Assembly (NCBI GenBank): GCA_020724885.1
Contig: DYGD01000004.1
Location: 2,239 to 61,279 of the forward strand
Direction of reading: 5' to 3'
Length of the DNA: 59,041 nucleotides
DNA from: Candidatus Paceibacter sp.
GTDB lineage: Bacteria > Patescibacteriota > Minisyncoccia > Phycocordibacterales > BOKC01
Made by a program: the position numbers and the translations under genes. Positions 7,581-17,712 of this stretch are shown in pieces (the first letter of the stretch is position 1; each line of letters begins with the position of its first letter). The notes beneath the pieces were generated by a model. The model saw only the letters and a list, made by a program, of their open reading frames with translations. It did not search any database and was not told the DNA's origin.

Positions 7581-9776
7581 CTATTTTGTTGTTTTATCTG
7601 GTCTATGATTTGGACATTTTTTATCACTGCAACGTTCTGGTATTGTCTTGGTCCCCTCCATCATCAGTGAGTTGCATTGGGGACAGACCGCGCCAGTTGG
7701 CTTTGATTTGATTGTAAATTTGCATTTTGGATAGTTTGTGCAAGCGTAAAATATTCCAAAGCGTCCGCGTTTCTCGGTGAGCTCTCCAGCTTTGCACTCG
7801 GGACATTTAACGCCGGTTGAAGCTCTTTTCTCGGCCTCCGGATCTTTTTTAATATACTTGCATTTCGGGTATTGGTCGCAAGAAACGAATCTTCCGTACC
7901 TCCCATCTCTTTCTACTAATTTACCTTTACCACACTCCGGGCAGGACTCGCCGGTCTCTTTCGGACCCTCAAGTTCTTCACCGTTTATGGTTCTGGCGCC
8001 GGTGCAATCAGGGAATTTCTCGCAACTCAAAAATTTTCCGGTTCGGCTTAATTTTACCACCATCCCACTGCCGCAAACAGGGCACTTGATATTCGGGTCG
8101 GCTTTCTCCAGAGTGGTCAGTTTGGCAACTAACTCTTTGCTTTTGATTTCTTTTGAAAATGGAACGTAAAAATCTTTGAGGGTTTTTTCGTACCCCGATT
8201 TCCCTTCGGCGATCAAATCCAATTCATCTTCCATTTCGGCGGTGAAGGTGTCGCTGATGTATTGGGTAAAATTTTTTTCCAAAAATGAGCTAACCACGTC
8301 TCCGACATCGGTTGGATGAAGAGCTTTGTTTATTTTTTCCACATAAGCGCGATCCTGAAGGGTCTTGATGATTGAAGCATAAGTGGAAGGGCGACCGATG
8401 CCCCTTTTTTCCAATTCTTTTACCAAGCCGGCTTCAGAGTAGCGCGGTGGCGGCTCTGTTTCCTTGGCTTCGGTTTGAATTTCTATTAAAGAAAGACCCT
8501 CTCCTTTTTTTACTTCAGGTAAAATGACATCTTCGCCACGAGCGCCTGGGTCGGCCAAAAGCCAGCCGTCAAAAATAATTCTGGAGCCGTTGGCAAAAAA
8601 TTCAGGAATCCCAGCCCCTTCAATTTCGGCAACAATTTTAGTTCGCAAAATTTTGGCTTCCGACATTTGCGAACTTAAAGTCCTCTGCCAAATTAATTTG
8701 TAGAGCCGTTTTTGTTCTTCGTTTGCGCCGACATCTGTTTTGGAAAGGTCGGTCGGCCGGATGGCCTCATGTGCCTCTTGAGCTGACTTGCTTTTGGTTT
8801 TATAGATTCTCGGTGAATAATAATTTTCTCCGAATTTATTTTTGACGACTTTCTCAATTTGGTTTTGAGCAACCGAGCTTAGGTTTGTGCTGTCGGTGCG
8901 CATATAGGTGATTAAACCGGCCTCATAAAGTTTTTGGGCCAAAGACATTGTCCGAGCCGGAGAAAAGCCAAGCCGGCTGGAAGCGGCTTGTTGCAGGGTA
9001 GAAGTTATGAAAGGCGCCCGGGGCGAACGTTTGGCCTCTGTCTCTTTGAGGTTAGAAACTAGCCAATGACCTTTTTTCCCAGCTTCAACAATTTGGTCAA
9101 CTTCTGTTTTATCGGTGGGTTCTTTCGAGCAGGTTAAAGTCAGAATGTCGCCCTTTTGGCTTTTGACATCGGCAGTAATTACCCAAAATTCTTGCGGTTT
9201 GAAGGCGCGGATTTCTCGCTCGCGCTCCATTATGATGCGGAGAGCAGGAGATTGAACCCGACCGGCCGACAGGCCATAGCGCACTTTTTTCCAAATCAGA
9301 CCGGAGAGGTCATAGCCGACGAGGCGATCCAAAACGCGCCGAGCTTCTTGAGCTCTGACTAGATTTTGATCAATCTCGCGAGGGTGGTTTAAGGCGTCTA
9401 AAACAGCGTCTTTGGTAATCTCATGGAAGACGATTCGTTTAATGTTTTTGTTTTTTGTTTTTTGATTTTTAACGCCATTCAAGCCACTGGCTTGAATGAC
9501 ATGCCAAGCTATCGCTTCTCCTTCGCGGTCGGGGTCAGTAGCTAAAAGCACTTCATCGGCTTTTTGGGCGGCTTGTTTAATGCTGGCGACGACTTTTTCC
9601 TTGCCCGGAGAGATTTCATAATGAGGCACAAAACCATTTTCTATATCAATGGCTTTTTTGTTGGATTTTGGCAAATCGCGAATATGCCCGACAGACGCTT
9701 TGACGGTGTAATCCTTGCCCAAATATTTTGAAATTGTTTTTTCTTTGGCGGGCGATTCTACGATAACTAACTTCAT
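7581..9776 (-). CDS. topA: DNA topoisomerase I
   Basis: Toprim N-terminus MKLVIVESPAKEKTI, active-site region ITYMRTDS, four C-terminal C4 zinc ribbons. Confidence 0.95.
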   Translation of the reverse strand: MKLVIVESPAKEKTISKYLGKDYTVKASVGHIRDLPKSNKKAIDIENGFVPHYEISPGKEKVVASIKQAAQKADEVLLATDPDREGEAIAWHVIQASGLNGVKNQKTKNKNIKRIVFHEITKDAVLDALNHPREIDQNLVRAQEARRVLDRLVGYDLSGLIWKKVRYGLSAGRVQSPALRIIMEREREIRAFKPQEFWVITADVKSQKGDILTLTCSKEPTDKTEVDQIVEAGKKGHWLVSNLKETEAKRSPRAPFITSTLQQAASSRLGFSPARTMSLAQKLYEAGLITYMRTDSTNLSSVAQNQIEKVVKNKFGENYYSPRIYKTKSKSAQEAHEAIRPTDLSKTDVGANEEQKRLYKLIWQRTLSSQMSEAKILRTKIVAEIEGAGIPEFFANGSRIIFDGWLLADPGARGEDVILPEVKKGEGLSLIEIQTEAKETEPPPRYSEAGLVKELEKRGIGRPSTYASIIKTLQDRAYVEKINKALHPTDVGDVVSSFLEKNFTQYISDTFTAEMEDELDLIAEGKSGYEKTLKDFYVPFSKEIKSKELVAKLTTLEKADPNIKCPVCGSGMVVKLSRTGKFLSCEKFPDCTGARTINGEELEGPKETGESCPECGKGKLVERDGRYGRFVSCDQYPKCKYIKKDPEAEKRASTGVKCPECKAGELTEKRGRFGIFYACTNYPKCKFTIKSKPTGAVCPQCNSLMMEGTKTIPERCSDKKCPNHRPDKTTK

Positions 9777-10019
9777 AAATATAATTCTAATCTACGAATT
9801 CACCCTCCTAACTTTCTTAGAAAGTTTGGCGGGTAAATGCTAATCTAAGAATGGCTACAAATAGTATAATCCTGACTGTTTTTAATTATTTGTTATCAAT
9901 TGGTAGATTCGGATGGATTAGTTGATTAGCACTTCTATTACTAGCACACTAATTGTTAATATACAAATTTAGATATGAAAAACCCCTGGGCGCTTTCGCT
10001 AATTCCTATTGGCTAGTGG

Positions 10020-10637
10020 CTAAACCCTGTTTTTCAGCGCATTTTTTATCGTTTCCGGGTCGGAGTATTCCAGCTCGGTGCCGAGCGACAATCCTTTGCC
10101 GAGCGAGGAGATTTTGAAATTATATTTTTTTGCGAGTGGTTCAATTTTGGTTTTAACAAATTCGGCGGTATTTTCCCCTTCAGGATTGAAGTCGGTGGCC
10201 AAAATAATTTCCGTCAATTTTTTCTCGCGGCCGAGCTTTTCCAAATATTGGAGCAAGGAAGAGATCCGAATTTTTTTCTCCGGTTGTTTTTCCAAGATTG
10301 GCACAACTCCGCCCAAAACAAAATATTTACCCTTAAACTCGCCGGCCCTTTCAATATTCTCCACATCCAGATCACGGCTGACAATCATTAAAATGTTTTG
10401 CCTGCTATTATCTTCGCAAATCGGACAAGTTTTTTTTTGTCCAGAGTGAAAAAAGAAACGTTGGCAATCAAGGCAGATTTTGGCGCTTTTTTTTAACGAC
10501 TCAATTTCGCCAGTAAGAGTTTTTATAAAAGCTGGATTTTGTCCCAACAAAAAATAAACAAACCGCCGAGCTTGTTTTTGTCCAATGCCGGGAAAATGAG
10601 AGAAAACCTCGGCAAGTTTTGTGATTTGCTCTGTCAT
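10020..10637 (-). CDS. recR: recombination protein RecR
   Basis: HhH N-terminus FPGIGQKQARRF, C4 zinc finger CxxC..CxxC, Toprim domain. Confidence 0.9.
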   Translation of the reverse strand: MTEQITKLAEVFSHFPGIGQKQARRFVYFLLGQNPAFIKTLTGEIESLKKSAKICLDCQRFFFHSGQKKTCPICEDNSRQNILMIVSRDLDVENIERAGEFKGKYFVLGGVVPILEKQPEKKIRISSLLQYLEKLGREKKLTEIILATDFNPEGENTAEFVKTKIEPLAKKYNFKISSLGKGLSLGTELEYSDPETIKNALKNRV

Positions 10638-10667
10638 ATCTGTGCAATCTTAAATGATTTTTCGGCG

Positions 10668-12068
10668 CTAAAACTCTTCGTTTGAGAAAGTGGCGCCACC
10701 AAAGTCGCTTTTATCTATACTCTGAAACGTCGCTTTTTTGTCGTTAAAATAAAGTTCCACTCGACCTGTTTCTCCGTTTCTGTGTTTTTCTATTAAAATC
10801 TCGGCTATGTTTGTCCTTTCCGATTCTTCTTTGTACTTGTCTTCTCTGTGAATAAACATTACGACATCGGCGTCTTGCTCAAGTGATCCGGAATCTCGCA
10901 AGTCCGAAAGCCGTGGTCGCCCGCCACGGCTTTCTACCGCGCGAGAAAGTTGTGACAGGGCCAACACCGGAATATTCAACTCACGTGCCAAATGTTTAAG
11001 CGAGCGGGAAATTTCAGTTACTTGTTGGACCAAATTGTCGCTAGAGCGCGAGCTAACCGGTACCATTAACTGCAGATAATCCACAACCAAGAGCTTCAAC
11101 CCCTTTTCGGCTTTCAGTCGTCGCGCTACAGCTCTCATTTTGAGGATGTTACTGCCTGGCTGGTCGTCTATAAAAATCGGCGCACCAGAAAGCTTATCTA
11201 AGGACTGGCGAATTGCGGCAAAGTCCTCTTCTCGGGAGAGTTTGCCGGTGCGTAATTTCCAAGCATCAACCTGGGCTTGAGCGGCTAACATCCTATCAAC
11301 TAATTGCTGTGAGCTCATCTCCAAAGAAAAAATGCCGACTGGGTTTCCGAAATTGACCGCGGTTTGTCTGGCGATATCAAGCGCCAAAGAAGTTTTTCCC
11401 ATTGAAGGCCTTGCGGCTAAAATTATCAGGTCAGAATTTTGTAGACCGGCCAGTTTGTGGTCAATTTCAGAAAATCCTGTCGGGATACCTCGATGTTCTC
11501 CTTTGAGATTGTGCAGACGATCCAACCTTTCCCACGCCTCCTCCAATTCGTTTTTGAGTTCTGTAAACCTGAAAGTGCTACCGGTAGAAGTTATCTCAAA
11601 AACCTGTTTTTCCGCTCGGTCTAAAATATCTTCCAAATCTGCCGCTTCGTCATAGCCAAGTCCGGCAATCTGTTCGGATGCTTCAATTAGAAGCCGCATT
11701 ATGTGTTTTTTTCTAACAATTTCTGCGTAATGGCGAATATTTGCCGCAGTTGGCACACTGTTTACAAGCTCGGTCAAATAGCTCGCCCCGCCGACTTCAT
11801 CCAATTCTTTTTTCTCTGACAATCTTGAGGAAACTGACAAAAGATCAATCGGATTGTTTTTTTTGAACAAATCAAGCATCGCTTCAAAAATCAATCTGTG
11901 TTTTCTGGCGTAAAATGAAGATGGCGCGATGATGTCAATAATTTCATAAAGAGTATCACTTCTTAACATTATAGAACCCAGAAGGGCTCTCTCGGCCTCT
12001 ATTGCTTGCGGAGGAATTCTTAGATTTGATGGTTGATTTGCCATTGCTTCTATATTACCATAGGGCAA
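10668..12068 (-). CDS. dnaB: replicative DNA helicase DnaB
   Basis: PPQAIEAERALLGSIML N-terminal domain, Walker A ARPSMGKTS, DYLQLM motif. Confidence 0.93.
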   Translation of the reverse strand: MPYGNIEAMANQPSNLRIPPQAIEAERALLGSIMLRSDTLYEIIDIIAPSSFYARKHRLIFEAMLDLFKKNNPIDLLSVSSRLSEKKELDEVGGASYLTELVNSVPTAANIRHYAEIVRKKHIMRLLIEASEQIAGLGYDEAADLEDILDRAEKQVFEITSTGSTFRFTELKNELEEAWERLDRLHNLKGEHRGIPTGFSEIDHKLAGLQNSDLIILAARPSMGKTSLALDIARQTAVNFGNPVGIFSLEMSSQQLVDRMLAAQAQVDAWKLRTGKLSREEDFAAIRQSLDKLSGAPIFIDDQPGSNILKMRAVARRLKAEKGLKLLVVDYLQLMVPVSSRSSDNLVQQVTEISRSLKHLARELNIPVLALSQLSRAVESRGGRPRLSDLRDSGSLEQDADVVMFIHREDKYKEESERTNIAEILIEKHRNGETGRVELYFNDKKATFQSIDKSDFGGATFSNEEF

Positions 12069-12110
12069 CTTACTCTCAAGAATTGAATATTTTTAAATTT
12101 TGGATAAATT

Positions 12111-12806
12111 GTGTCTAATATGTGGAAAGCGGTTATTTTAGCGGCCGGTTATGGCAACCGGATGGGGGATCTCACAAAAAGCACCCCGAAACCCCTGCTT
12201 CGGGTTTTAGATAAAACACTCTTGGAACACAAGCTGGACCGCTTGCCCGATTCTGTTTCAGAAGTAGTAATCGTGGTGGGGTACCACGGCGACCAGATTG
12301 TTGAATTATTAGGAAAAAATTATGCCGGGCGTAAAATTTCTTATGTCTGGCAAAAAGAGCTATTAGGAACGGCTGATTGTCTCTGGCAAGCCAAAGATTT
12401 ACTTAATGAGAAATTTTTGGTAATGATGGGCGATGATATCTACTCAAAAGAAGATACAGAAAATTGCTTGAAGTATGATTGGTCTATTTTGGTCAAAAAA
12501 GTTGGTTTTTTGCGTGCTGGTGGGCGAGCAATTTTTAACGACGACGGAACTTTGAAAAACATCGTTGAAGGCGAACATAATGTAGCAGACGCTTATGTCA
12601 ACACCGGCCTTTATGTTTTGGGTCCGGAAATTTTTAGTTACCCAATGGTGCAGATACCAGGCAAAAAGGAATTTGGCCTGCCACAAACTCTATTGCAAGC
12701 GCTGAACGATATTGAAATAAAAGTTGTTGAAAGCCGGGGACAGTGGCTTCAAATCACCAGTCCTGAAGATTTGAAACTAGCCGAAGAGGTTTTGAAGAAC
12801 CGCTGA
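12111..12806 (+). CDS. sugar-phosphate nucleotidyltransferase
   Basis: N-terminal LAAGYGNRMGDLTKSTPKPLL signature (GxGxR..PK) of NTP-transferase family proteins. The track start is GTG; ATG at 12120 is an alternative. Confidence 0.8.
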   Translation: MSNMWKAVILAAGYGNRMGDLTKSTPKPLLRVLDKTLLEHKLDRLPDSVSEVVIVVGYHGDQIVELLGKNYAGRKISYVWQKELLGTADCLWQAKDLLNEKFLVMMGDDIYSKEDTENCLKYDWSILVKKVGFLRAGGRAIFNDDGTLKNIVEGEHNVADAYVNTGLYVLGPEIFSYPMVQIPGKKEFGLPQTLLQALNDIEIKVVESRGQWLQITSPEDLKLAEEVLKNR

Positions 12807-12834
12807 TGAACATAAACAAACTGCAGAAATTACT

Positions 12835-12874
12835 CAACGGAGACAACTTGGCGATCGCCAAGTTGTCTCCGTTG
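12835..12874. terminator. 40-nt perfect palindrome (20-bp stem, GATC centre)
   Basis: CAACGGAGACAACTTGGCGA|TCGCCAAGTTGTCTCCGTTG, 29 nt after the stop of 12111-12806. There is no U-tract. Confidence 0.45.
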
Positions 12875-13009
12875 ACAGATAAGAAATAATTTGCTAGGGT
12901 GGAGGCGGAAAACCGCTCTTTGGCTTTGCCAGTGTGGCAGTGTGGCAGAATCCAATCATATCTCTAGCATCGTGTTGGAGATAAAGTTACCTGAAGAAAG
13001 GAGAGGGTG

Positions 13010-13129
13010 ATGATCGATTATGCGCATAACCGGAGTTTGTTGATAGCAGTGTCACATCGGGAGCATGTTGCCGCGGAAGAACATAGAAAAACAGTCAGAC
13101 AGATCACAAGAGCCGATCAATTTTCATGA
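13010..13129 (+). CDS. small ORF (39 aa), GC-rich island
   Basis: ATG preceded by AAAGGAGAGGGTG (good SD). Product MIDYAHNRSLLIAVSHREHVAAEEHRKTVRQITRADQFS. It overlaps the next ORF out of frame. Confidence 0.3.
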   Translation: MIDYAHNRSLLIAVSHREHVAAEEHRKTVRQITRADQFS

Positions 13130-13262
13130 TCTTCAGCGCGAAACCCAACAACTTCTTCGAATACTTGAAGAACACCAATTAGTGTCGGATGAGCAAGTTC
13201 GCGACCGACTTAGTGCGTTGCGGGATCTCACCACGAAAGCGCTCCTCAATGGCTACAGGTGA
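13065..13262 (+). CDS. small ORF (65 aa), helical, GC-rich island
   Basis: Track ORF with no well-spaced SD, followed by a terminator. It is unclear which of the two overlapping ORFs is real. Confidence 0.3.
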   Translation: MLPRKNIEKQSDRSQEPINFHDLQRETQQLLRILEEHQLVSDEQVRDRLSALRDLTTKALLNGYR

Positions 13263-13284
13263 TTTGAATGACCCGGCAATGGAC

Positions 13285-13311
13285 CCTCTATTTCAAACTT
13301 AGAGGTTTTTT
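13285..13311 (+). terminator. rho-independent terminator
   Basis: CCTCTA-tttcaaact-TAGAGG followed by TTTTTT. Confidence 0.45.
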
Positions 13312-13327
13312 CATTAAAGATAAAAAA

Positions 13328-14695
13328 TCAAAGATTCTTCACTATCGGTCTCTTTTCCGTGTCTTTCACCTCAAAGCCCTTTTGTTTGATTATCTCTCGC
13401 AGGCGGTCGGCTTCGGGCCAGTTTTTTTCTTTGCGGGCTTTTTCTCTTTTGGAGACCAGTTTTTTTATTTCTTCCGGGATAAAAACTTTTTTGGGTTTTT
13501 GACTCAACTTCAAACCAAGAACTTTATCAAATTCCAAAATAGTCGCTCTTTTTTGGGAGTTGTTTATTTTTTTATCTTTGACTAAATGCCACAGCAAAGC
13601 TAGCGCTTTCGGCGTGTCCAGGTCGTCGTTTATGTGTTTTTTGAATTTTTCCAAATATTTTTTATCTGGCGGAGATTTTTTAGTTGGCAGGCCGGAAGTA
13701 AACTCTCTTAGTTTTTTCAATGAATGTTCGGCGCCTTCAAGCGCTTGCCATGAGAAAGAAATAGGGGAGCGGTAATGGGCGCCGAGTAGCCAATAGCGTA
13801 GCACCAAGGGCTCTATTCCTTTTTCCTCAATTTCCTTTAATGTCACAACATTGCCGAGCGACTTCGCCATCTTGCCGTCGGGCATTATCAGATGTTCGTT
13901 GTGGAGCCAATATTTTGCTAGGGGTTTATTATTGACTGCTTCGCTTTGGGCGATTTCATTGTTGTGATGAATGGGAATGTGTTCAATTCCACCTGTATGT
14001 AAGTCAAAGGTGTCTCCGAGATATTTTTTACTCATAGCTGAACATTCAATATGCCAGCCGGGGAAACCCTTACCCCAAGGACTGTTCCAACCAATCTGTG
14101 AATTGTGTTTCCATAAAGCAAAGTCGCGAGGATTTATTTTTTTCTTATTTTCTCCGACTCGCGATTCAGAGATTTCCGAGAGTCCGCCCAATTTTCCGTA
14201 ATCGGAAAATTGGGCGGTGTTAAAGTAAATCCCATCGCTTGTTTGGTAAGTGTATCCCTTTTTTTCCAACTTGCTAATAAATTTTATGTTCTCGGCGATA
14301 TGGTCGCTGGCGAAGGGTGCTTTAGTGGGGGAGAGGGTGTTCAATTTTTTCCGGTCTTCAAAGTAGATCTCAGCATATTTTTGACCAAGTTTTTTCATAT
14401 TTTCCAAAGTGAAAGCCAGACCCTCTTTTTTAAGGCCACGACTCATTTTGTCTTCGCCGTTGTCGGCGTCAGATGTTAGGTGTCCGAAGTCGGTAATATT
14501 TACAACTTGTTTAACCTTGTAGCTGTTGAATTCTAGAGCGCGCCTTAAGGTGTCCCAAATTACCGCCGAACGAAGGTTGCCGATGTGTTGGCGATCGTAA
14601 ACTGTCGGCCCGCAATTGTACATGCTAACCTTTTTTGGTTTTAAAGATCGGAAAGTTTCTTTTTTTCTGGTAAGGGTGTTAAAAAAAATAATCAT
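13328..14695 (-). CDS. cysS: cysteinyl-tRNA synthetase
   Basis: Class I motifs HIGN (CGPTVYDRQHIGNLR) and KMAKS; 455 aa. Confidence 0.95.
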   Translation of the reverse strand: MIIFFNTLTRKKETFRSLKPKKVSMYNCGPTVYDRQHIGNLRSAVIWDTLRRALEFNSYKVKQVVNITDFGHLTSDADNGEDKMSRGLKKEGLAFTLENMKKLGQKYAEIYFEDRKKLNTLSPTKAPFASDHIAENIKFISKLEKKGYTYQTSDGIYFNTAQFSDYGKLGGLSEISESRVGENKKKINPRDFALWKHNSQIGWNSPWGKGFPGWHIECSAMSKKYLGDTFDLHTGGIEHIPIHHNNEIAQSEAVNNKPLAKYWLHNEHLIMPDGKMAKSLGNVVTLKEIEEKGIEPLVLRYWLLGAHYRSPISFSWQALEGAEHSLKKLREFTSGLPTKKSPPDKKYLEKFKKHINDDLDTPKALALLWHLVKDKKINNSQKRATILEFDKVLGLKLSQKPKKVFIPEEIKKLVSKREKARKEKNWPEADRLREIIKQKGFEVKDTEKRPIVKNL

Positions 14696-14857
14696 TACTA
14701 GATTCTAACTTTTATCGGTTAAATTCAAAAGATTGACAAAATTTTTTAAAATTATATCATTTAACCAGAGTTCAAAGACCTCTCGCGGTGATGACGGAAA
14801 CAAGCCGAAACAAACCAGGGAAAGGGGGTAGGGCAAGTGGAAACAAAAAAGAGACCC

Positions 14858-15007
14858 ATGGCTTTCTTGCAGAGGTTCGTGTTGGTCGGTCTGCTCACAG
14901 GCCTAGTCGTCTCTGCGTTCAGCGTCATGGCTGGAGTGGTTGCTTCAATCCTGATCATTGGTTTCGGGACTCTGATCTTTTTGGCGATCACTCTTGACTT
15001 TGAATGA
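14858..15007 (+). CDS. small hydrophobic membrane peptide (49 aa)
   Basis: Own translation: MAFLQRFVLVGLLTGLVVSAFSVMAGVVASILIIGFGTLIFLAITLDFE, with two hydrophobic segments. It is more protein-like than the two longer track ORFs in other frames (14761-14991 and 14788-14997). TTGACA lies at 14733-14738 upstream. Confidence 0.4.
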   Translation: MAFLQRFVLVGLLTGLVVSAFSVMAGVVASILIIGFGTLIFLAITLDFE

Positions 15008-15017
15008 GCTGGTGTCC

Positions 15018-15050
15018 GGCGCGTCGCAAGTTGCAGCGCGCTGTTTTTTT
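15018..15050 (+). terminator. putative rho-independent terminator
   Basis: GGCGCG...CGCGCT stem followed by GTTTTTTTT. Confidence 0.4.
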
Positions 15051-15080
15051 TGCAATAATATTATTTGAATATTAATTTCT

Positions 15081-16322
15081 ATGACAGAAAAATCACAAGA
15101 TAAAAAACCCTTTTTAAAACCAGTTTTATTTGCGGTCATCTTTTTCTTCGTTGGTTTTTATATCGGTTCCGGTAGTAGTCAAGAGTTTGTAAAAATTAGG
15201 GGGTTGGAAGGAAAAGAGGCGCCGGCTGATCTGTCGGCCGATTTTTCTCCATTTTGGAGGGTCTGGAATTTGATAGACGAGAAATATGTGCCGCCCGATT
15301 TAGAAATTGCTGAGGACTCCGTGTCTGGGCAAGAGCGCGTTTGGGGAGCCATAAAAGGTTTGGTTCATTCTTTGGGGGACCCGAACTCTGTCTTTTTGAC
15401 TCCCAGAGAGCTAGAAATCTTTGAAGAAGAAATCAACGGGGCTTTTGAGGGTGTTGGAATGGAGGTTGGCTTGAGAGAGGGTTTTTTGACAGTCATAGCG
15501 CCCCTAAAGAGCACTCCGGCCTATCGGGCCGGCATAAAAGCGGGTGATCAGATTTTTAAGATTGACGGCAAGGAAACCGTAAACTTATCTGTGGAAGAAG
15601 CGGTGGGAATGATTCGTGGTAAAAGGGGCACAATGGTTTCGTTGGTCCTTTTTAGGGAAGGTGTCAGGGAGCCGATTGAAGTAAATCTGACACGAGAGAC
15701 AATTGATATTCCCATTCTTGATACCGAATGGGCAGGTGATGTTTTTATTATTAGGTTGTACAATTTTTCAGGCAATGCCCAAAGCGCCTTCAGGGAAGCT
15801 CTCCGAGAGTTTATCCAAACCACTCATTCCGGTGATAGAAAAATGATTCTTGATCTTAGAGGTAATCCGGGCGGTTTTCTCGGGGCTTCGGTTGATATTG
15901 CTAGTTGGTTTTTGCCCGCTGGCAAAATTGTGATAAAAGAGGACTTTGGTGGCCGACGGGATGATTTAATTCACAGGAGCCGAGGTTATAATATCTTTGG
16001 CAACGATCTGAAGATGGCGGTCTTGATTGATGGTGGTAGCGCTTCCGCTTCAGAAATTTTGGCTGGGGCTCTTCAAGAGCACGGAGTGGCTAAGATTTTC
16101 GGTAGCCAATCGTTTGGGAAGGGGTCAGTGCAGGAACTAGTTAGAGTTACGCCCGACACCTCTCTAAAAGTCACTGTAGCACGGTGGGTTACACCGAATG
16201 GCAAATCGATCTCTTTAGGAGGATTAACTCCAGATATTGAGGTGATAGCTCTTGACGAAGAATCTTCCGAAAATGACACCGACCATGCTTTTGAGAAGGC
16301 CCTTGAGTATTTAAGGAATTAA
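15081..16322 (+). CDS. carboxy-terminal processing protease (S41 family) with PDZ domain
   Basis: N-terminal TM helix, PDZ region (AGIKAGDQIFKIDG), S41 core (LDLRGNPGG, SASASE). Confidence 0.9.
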   Translation: MTEKSQDKKPFLKPVLFAVIFFFVGFYIGSGSSQEFVKIRGLEGKEAPADLSADFSPFWRVWNLIDEKYVPPDLEIAEDSVSGQERVWGAIKGLVHSLGDPNSVFLTPRELEIFEEEINGAFEGVGMEVGLREGFLTVIAPLKSTPAYRAGIKAGDQIFKIDGKETVNLSVEEAVGMIRGKRGTMVSLVLFREGVREPIEVNLTRETIDIPILDTEWAGDVFIIRLYNFSGNAQSAFREALREFIQTTHSGDRKMILDLRGNPGGFLGASVDIASWFLPAGKIVIKEDFGGRRDDLIHRSRGYNIFGNDLKMAVLIDGGSASASEILAGALQEHGVAKIFGSQSFGKGSVQELVRVTPDTSLKVTVARWVTPNGKSISLGGLTPDIEVIALDEESSENDTDHAFEKALEYLRN

Positions 16323-16368
16323 ATTATTGCAACCTGGGCAGATAATTCTTAACATTTGAAAAAACAAT

Positions 16369-16809
16369 ATGCGTATAATTCTTCTCAAAGATGTTTCAAA
16401 AGTCGGTCAGAGGTATGAAATTAAAGATGTCTCTGATGGTCACGCCCTAAACTTTCTTATACCGAGAGGTTTGGCCAAACCAGCCAGTCCAAAAGAAATT
16501 TCTCTGATGGACAACTTAAGGAAACAAGAGGAGAAAAGCAGACAAGAAAAGTCGCGTCATTTGAAAGAAGCTTTTAGTTCAATCAATCAAAGAGTGGTGA
16601 TAAAAACTAAAGCCAACGAAAAAGGCCATCTGTTCAAGCGAATAAGCGAGGAAGATTTGTCGCAAGCGATAAAAAATCAGTTTGGAATAGAGATAGAAAA
16701 AAAATTGATAAAGATAGAAAAACCGATAAAAGAAATCGGGGAACATGAAGTTATGATTGAGACCGCCGATCATAACGCAAAGGTCGGCATCTCCGTTTCT
16801 TCCGCCTAA
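16369..16809 (+). CDS. rplI: 50S ribosomal protein L9
   Basis: MRIILLKDVSKVGQRYEIKDVSDGHALNFLIPRGLA is a typical L9 N-domain. Confidence 0.9.
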   Translation: MRIILLKDVSKVGQRYEIKDVSDGHALNFLIPRGLAKPASPKEISLMDNLRKQEEKSRQEKSRHLKEAFSSINQRVVIKTKANEKGHLFKRISEEDLSQAIKNQFGIEIEKKLIKIEKPIKEIGEHEVMIETADHNAKVGISVSSA

Positions 16810-16820
16810 TAGCTTTTCAA

Positions 16821-17096
16821 TTAAGGCAGGACGCTAACGATCTTCTTTATCTTTGTTTTGTTGTTGAGGGAGATTTTTCTCTTTTTTGTTATAACAACCT
16901 CTCCGTCTGCCAAGGCGAAAAGAGTGTAGTCCTTGCCGCTTCCGACATTCTTGCCAGCTAGAAATTGAGTGCCTCTTTGGCGCACCAAAATCAACCCGGT
17001 CTTGGCTTTTTGCCCGTGGTTTATTTTTATGCCGAGATACTTTGGATTGGAATCTCTATTATTTTTTGTTGAACCTCCCGCTTTCTTATGTGCCAT
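16821..17096 (-). CDS. rpmA: 50S ribosomal protein L27
   Basis: [29 protein letters not shown]. Confidence 0.95.
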   Translation of the reverse strand: MAHKKAGGSTKNNRDSNPKYLGIKINHGQKAKTGLILVRQRGTQFLAGKNVGSGKDYTLFALADGEVVITKKRKISLNNKTKIKKIVSVLP

Positions 17097-17175
17097 ATTA
17101 TTAGTTTACAGGTTCCTTATAAGTTTTTAACTTACCAACTTAAAACTTACCAACTTCTCTGGTATTATTAACCTA

Positions 17176-17601
17176 ATGAGTATAAGGGAAGCTTCCCAAA
17201 AAATCAAGGTTTATTTAGGGGAATCGGCTAGTAGAGAAAAATTCTTTATAATAGCCGTGATTTTTTTGGTCGGGACCGCTGCTTTTGGATTGGGAAGGGT
17301 GTCTACTCTGGATGGTAAAAGGGAGCCGGTTAAAATTGGGCAGGTACAATTGCAAGCCGACCTAGCTAGCAGCTTGTTGGCCGGGCAGGCGGACTCTTCA
17401 GTCGAGGAGGTGTTGAATGGCCGGGTAAATCTTCAGGAAGGCGGTTTCTTGGTTGGTTCAAAAAACGGCAATAAATATCATTTTCCCTGGTGTTCGGGCG
17501 CCAAACGAATTTTAGAAGAAAATAAAGTATATTTTGAGTCGGCGGAAGCTGCTCGATCGGCCGGCTACACTCCAGCGGCGAATTGTAAGGGACTGGAATA
17601 A
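17176..17601 (+). CDS. membrane-anchored protein with C-terminal Cys-containing small metal-binding-like domain
   Basis: TM helix, then C-terminal KYHFPWCSGAKRI...FESAEAARSAGYTPAANC. This resembles the Ada-like or so-called sunset small domains; that assignment is from memory and has low certainty. Confidence 0.65.
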   Translation: MSIREASQKIKVYLGESASREKFFIIAVIFLVGTAAFGLGRVSTLDGKREPVKIGQVQLQADLASSLLAGQADSSVEEVLNGRVNLQEGGFLVGSKNGNKYHFPWCSGAKRILEENKVYFESAEAARSAGYTPAANCKGLE

Positions 17602-17712
17602 CACGACACCAATCCACGAATTGAAACGAATTACACGAATGAAGATGAATAAGAAAGTACTTGAGTTTATTCGTGTCATTCGCGCTGATTCTTAAATTAG
17701 TGTCGAGAAAAT